DNA of 60,875 nucleotides from Shigella phage 75/02 Stx: sequence record KF766125; one strand, 5' to 3'. Shown piece by piece: positions 58,997 to 60,875 of this stretch (position 1 is its first letter; each line of letters starts with the position of its first letter). The notes under the pieces were generated by a model. It saw only the letters and a program-made list of their open reading frames with translations, ran no database searches and was not told where the DNA came from. The position numbers and the translations under genes were made by a program.

Positions 58997-59214
58997 TTCA
59001 CACCTCTCTGTTTGTTGATAAGTTCAATATCCTGCTGGCAACTGGCGCAAGTTCGGCATCCGCGAACAGCCTGGCGTCGCCGCTCATCTATCGGATCGCC
59101 ACACTCGCAACAATGAGTAGCAGATGGGGCATTACTTTCGGATTTGTATTTTTGCAGGGAGAGATTGCGCTGCAATTCTTCGATTTCAGCGGCATTGTCG
59201 ATGATATCTGCCAT
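58993..59214 (-). CDS. TraR/DksA-family C4 zinc-finger protein
   Basis: CCECGDPIDERRRQAVRGCRTCASC four-Cys motif; 73 aa. Confidence 0.7.
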   Translation of the reverse strand: MADIIDNAAEIEELQRNLSLQKYKSESNAPSATHCCECGDPIDERRRQAVRGCRTCASCQQDIELINKQRGVK

Positions 59215-59261
59215 TTTCCTTTCCTTCAGGCATGAAAAAAGGAGCTGAAGCTCCTTTGGTA

Positions 59262-59885
59262 TCAGAATTCAAATTGTCTTGCTCTTAGTTGCGCTAGCAT
59301 ACTTCTGGCCCTATGCACCATATAGTTGGCGGGATCAAGTTTTGCTGCTTCGCGGAGCAATGTGTCGCGAGTCCGGTTGGTTATATGACGAGTCTCGTAG
59401 GCCAGATCAAACAGTTTCCCGTAGTAATCAGAATTCAGTTCTCTCATGACGGGGTATAGCTGCTTACTGAGTTGTTGTGCTTTTTCCATCCAGAGTTGAA
59501 CGTAGCAGAGCAGGATGATGTCTTCTGCTGTGAATTGCTGCTCAGTTTGTACTGGCTGAATGTTGCGAAGTTTCTTTTCGCACTCGATGAAGTATCGGCG
59601 TATCTGGCGGCCTTTTTCGTTACGTTCAACCATCGCAAGCTCTTTGGCTGTGTCGAGGGTGAGGTGGTAATCCTTGCGGCGGCGGCCTGGAGTTTTCGCC
59701 AAATTTGGCGAAAATAGAATGTAGTCTAAATTTTCTACGAATCCATACTCGTTTAGCTTGGCCCGTATCCAGTTAGAAAAATCTTTACCTACCTCTAAAA
59801 ATCCATGCAAATCACGCGCGTTCACCAGAAGCGTAGGTTCATTTGAGATTGTACCTTCAAACACAGGGATGAGTTGAGTGGTCAT
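59262..59885 (-). CDS. Bro-N-domain antirepressor
   Basis: Start at ATG 59885 with AAAGGAGG SD; N-terminal LIPVFEGTISNEPTLLVNARDLHGFLEV (Bro-N-like); C-terminal domain shared with the 17053-17721 protein. Confidence 0.8.
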   Translation of the reverse strand: MTTQLIPVFEGTISNEPTLLVNARDLHGFLEVGKDFSNWIRAKLNEYGFVENLDYILFSPNLAKTPGRRRKDYHLTLDTAKELAMVERNEKGRQIRRYFIECEKKLRNIQPVQTEQQFTAEDIILLCYVQLWMEKAQQLSKQLYPVMRELNSDYYGKLFDLAYETRHITNRTRDTLLREAAKLDPANYMVHRARSMLAQLRARQFEF

Positions 59886-60134
59886 GATGACCTCCTTTGG
59901 CTTTTTTCGAGAAATGCCACCACAAAATGTGGTGCCGGGAGGCTCGAAACGGCCCAAAAGATACCGCGGACTTATTCCCCTTGCGGGTGTTGTATTCGTC
60001 GCCCTCCCGACATTGATCGGGGATGTGACCGCACACTGTGCTATCACTGAATAACAGGCATAAAAAATCCAACACTGACGGGGTTGGTTTAATCCGCTTT
60101 TGGGAGGTTTTCGAGGCCTCGGCGCGGAGTATAG

Positions 60135-60422
60135 TCAGTATTGGACGCAGTCGTCAACCATCGCCGTTTCTTTGGCTGTGTCGAGGGTGAGGTGGTAATC
60201 CTTGCGGTTGTGACCGCCTCTACCAGATGTTTGCTTTCCCAAATTGGAAAGCAAAATATAGTCTTGATTTTCAATGAATTCGTATTCTGAAATGCGATTT
60301 GTAATCCATGCCGCAAACACCTTTTTCACGCCTAAAAAAGCATGCAGATCGCGGGCATTGCAGAGTAGGGCTGTTTCGTTGTCGATAGTGCCGTTGAATA
60401 CGGGGATGAGTTGACTGGTCAT
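60135..60422 (-). pseudogene. Duplicated Bro-N 5' fragment (95-aa ORF)
   Basis: MTSQLIPVFNGTIDNETALLCNARDLH... paralogous to the downstream bro N-terminus; same SD; DNA at 60159-60210 near-identical to 59639-59690. Confidence 0.55.
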
Positions 60423-60760
60423 GATGACCTCCTTGTAAGTTTAGTTAGCTCAACCAGTTAGTAGCTGGTTGGTCGGGTGTCAACTGAGCCTTACAAGAAG
60501 CTCTGGGCATATTCCCCTTACGGGTATTGTATTACGCCTCTCCACCCGACCTTTGTACGGATGTGACTATGCCGCATTACGGGCATAAAAAAGCCGCAAA
60601 GCTATCGGGTGCGGATGACCGCTTGTAAGTTCAGTGCGGTCAGTATGCGATAGCTCTGGCGGATTTGTCAAATCGTGCAGTAACATCCTTTTCTTCCTTG
60701 CCATTTCTCAATGATGACAAAGGGTGGATTCGGATTGGTATTGGGACAAAAGTGAGACAC

Positions 60761-60794
60761 ACAAAGCTTTGCATCGGCTTACAAAGCTTTGCAT
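60761..60794. repeat. Two direct 14-bp repeats near the right end
   Basis: acaaagctttgcat at 60761-60774 and 60781-60794; related ctttgcat also at 62-69 near the left end. Confidence 0.6.
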
Positions 60795-60875
60795 GTTTTT
60801 CAATGTTGGGACGTGTGAGCGCAGAAATGACGGGCTATCTAATTGATTTTAAACGATACGTAACCAACTTTAAAG

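Noticed and set aside
1-60875. CRISPR arrays, rRNA genes, IS elements with terminal inverted repeats
   Set aside because: No regularly spaced direct repeats with unique spacers, no rRNA-like conserved blocks and no transposase-like ORF seen; the tandem repeats found are coding or origin-related

Overview
This window is a near-complete lambdoid Shiga-toxin-1-converting prophage of the E. coli type (about 60.9 kb), read entirely from the sequence and the supplied ORF track; no database search was run. Left arm (minus strand, pL operon): integrase, two excisionase candidates, Red exo/bet/gam, a 682-aa unknown protein, several small unknown ORFs and an N-like antiterminator. Immunity region: cI (S24-peptidase-type repressor), a divergent operator/promoter region, cro and cII. 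Right arm (plus strand): O-like initiator with iteron-like repeats, DnaC-like helicase loader, then an accessory hotspot (Zn-ribbon/DUF4145-like protein, HigB/HigA-like toxin-antitoxin pair, AT-rich island of three membrane proteins, antirepressor), the nin region (ninB, ybcO-like, rusA, ninH) and Q. Late region: stx1A/stx1B behind a Fur-box-like promoter, a nanS-p-like esterase, a phage-21-type lysis cassette, bor, terminase, P22-like portal, head genes, collagen-like tail fiber, lom, a hok-like toxin and a 2793-aa virion protein. The right end holds a convergent minus-strand module (DUF551, PD-(D/E)xK-like protein, ead/Ea22-like, TraR-like zinc finger, Bro-N antirepressor plus a duplicated 5' fragment). 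No rRNA, tRNA, CRISPR array or IS element was recognised. The best candidates for uncharacterised biology are the DUF4145-like/HigBA locus, the AT-rich membrane-protein island, the 682-aa early protein, the giant HExxH-containing virion protein and the conserved leader upstream of the bro genes. Family assignments rest on remembered similarity and motifs; promoters, operators, nut sites and terminators are read by eye.
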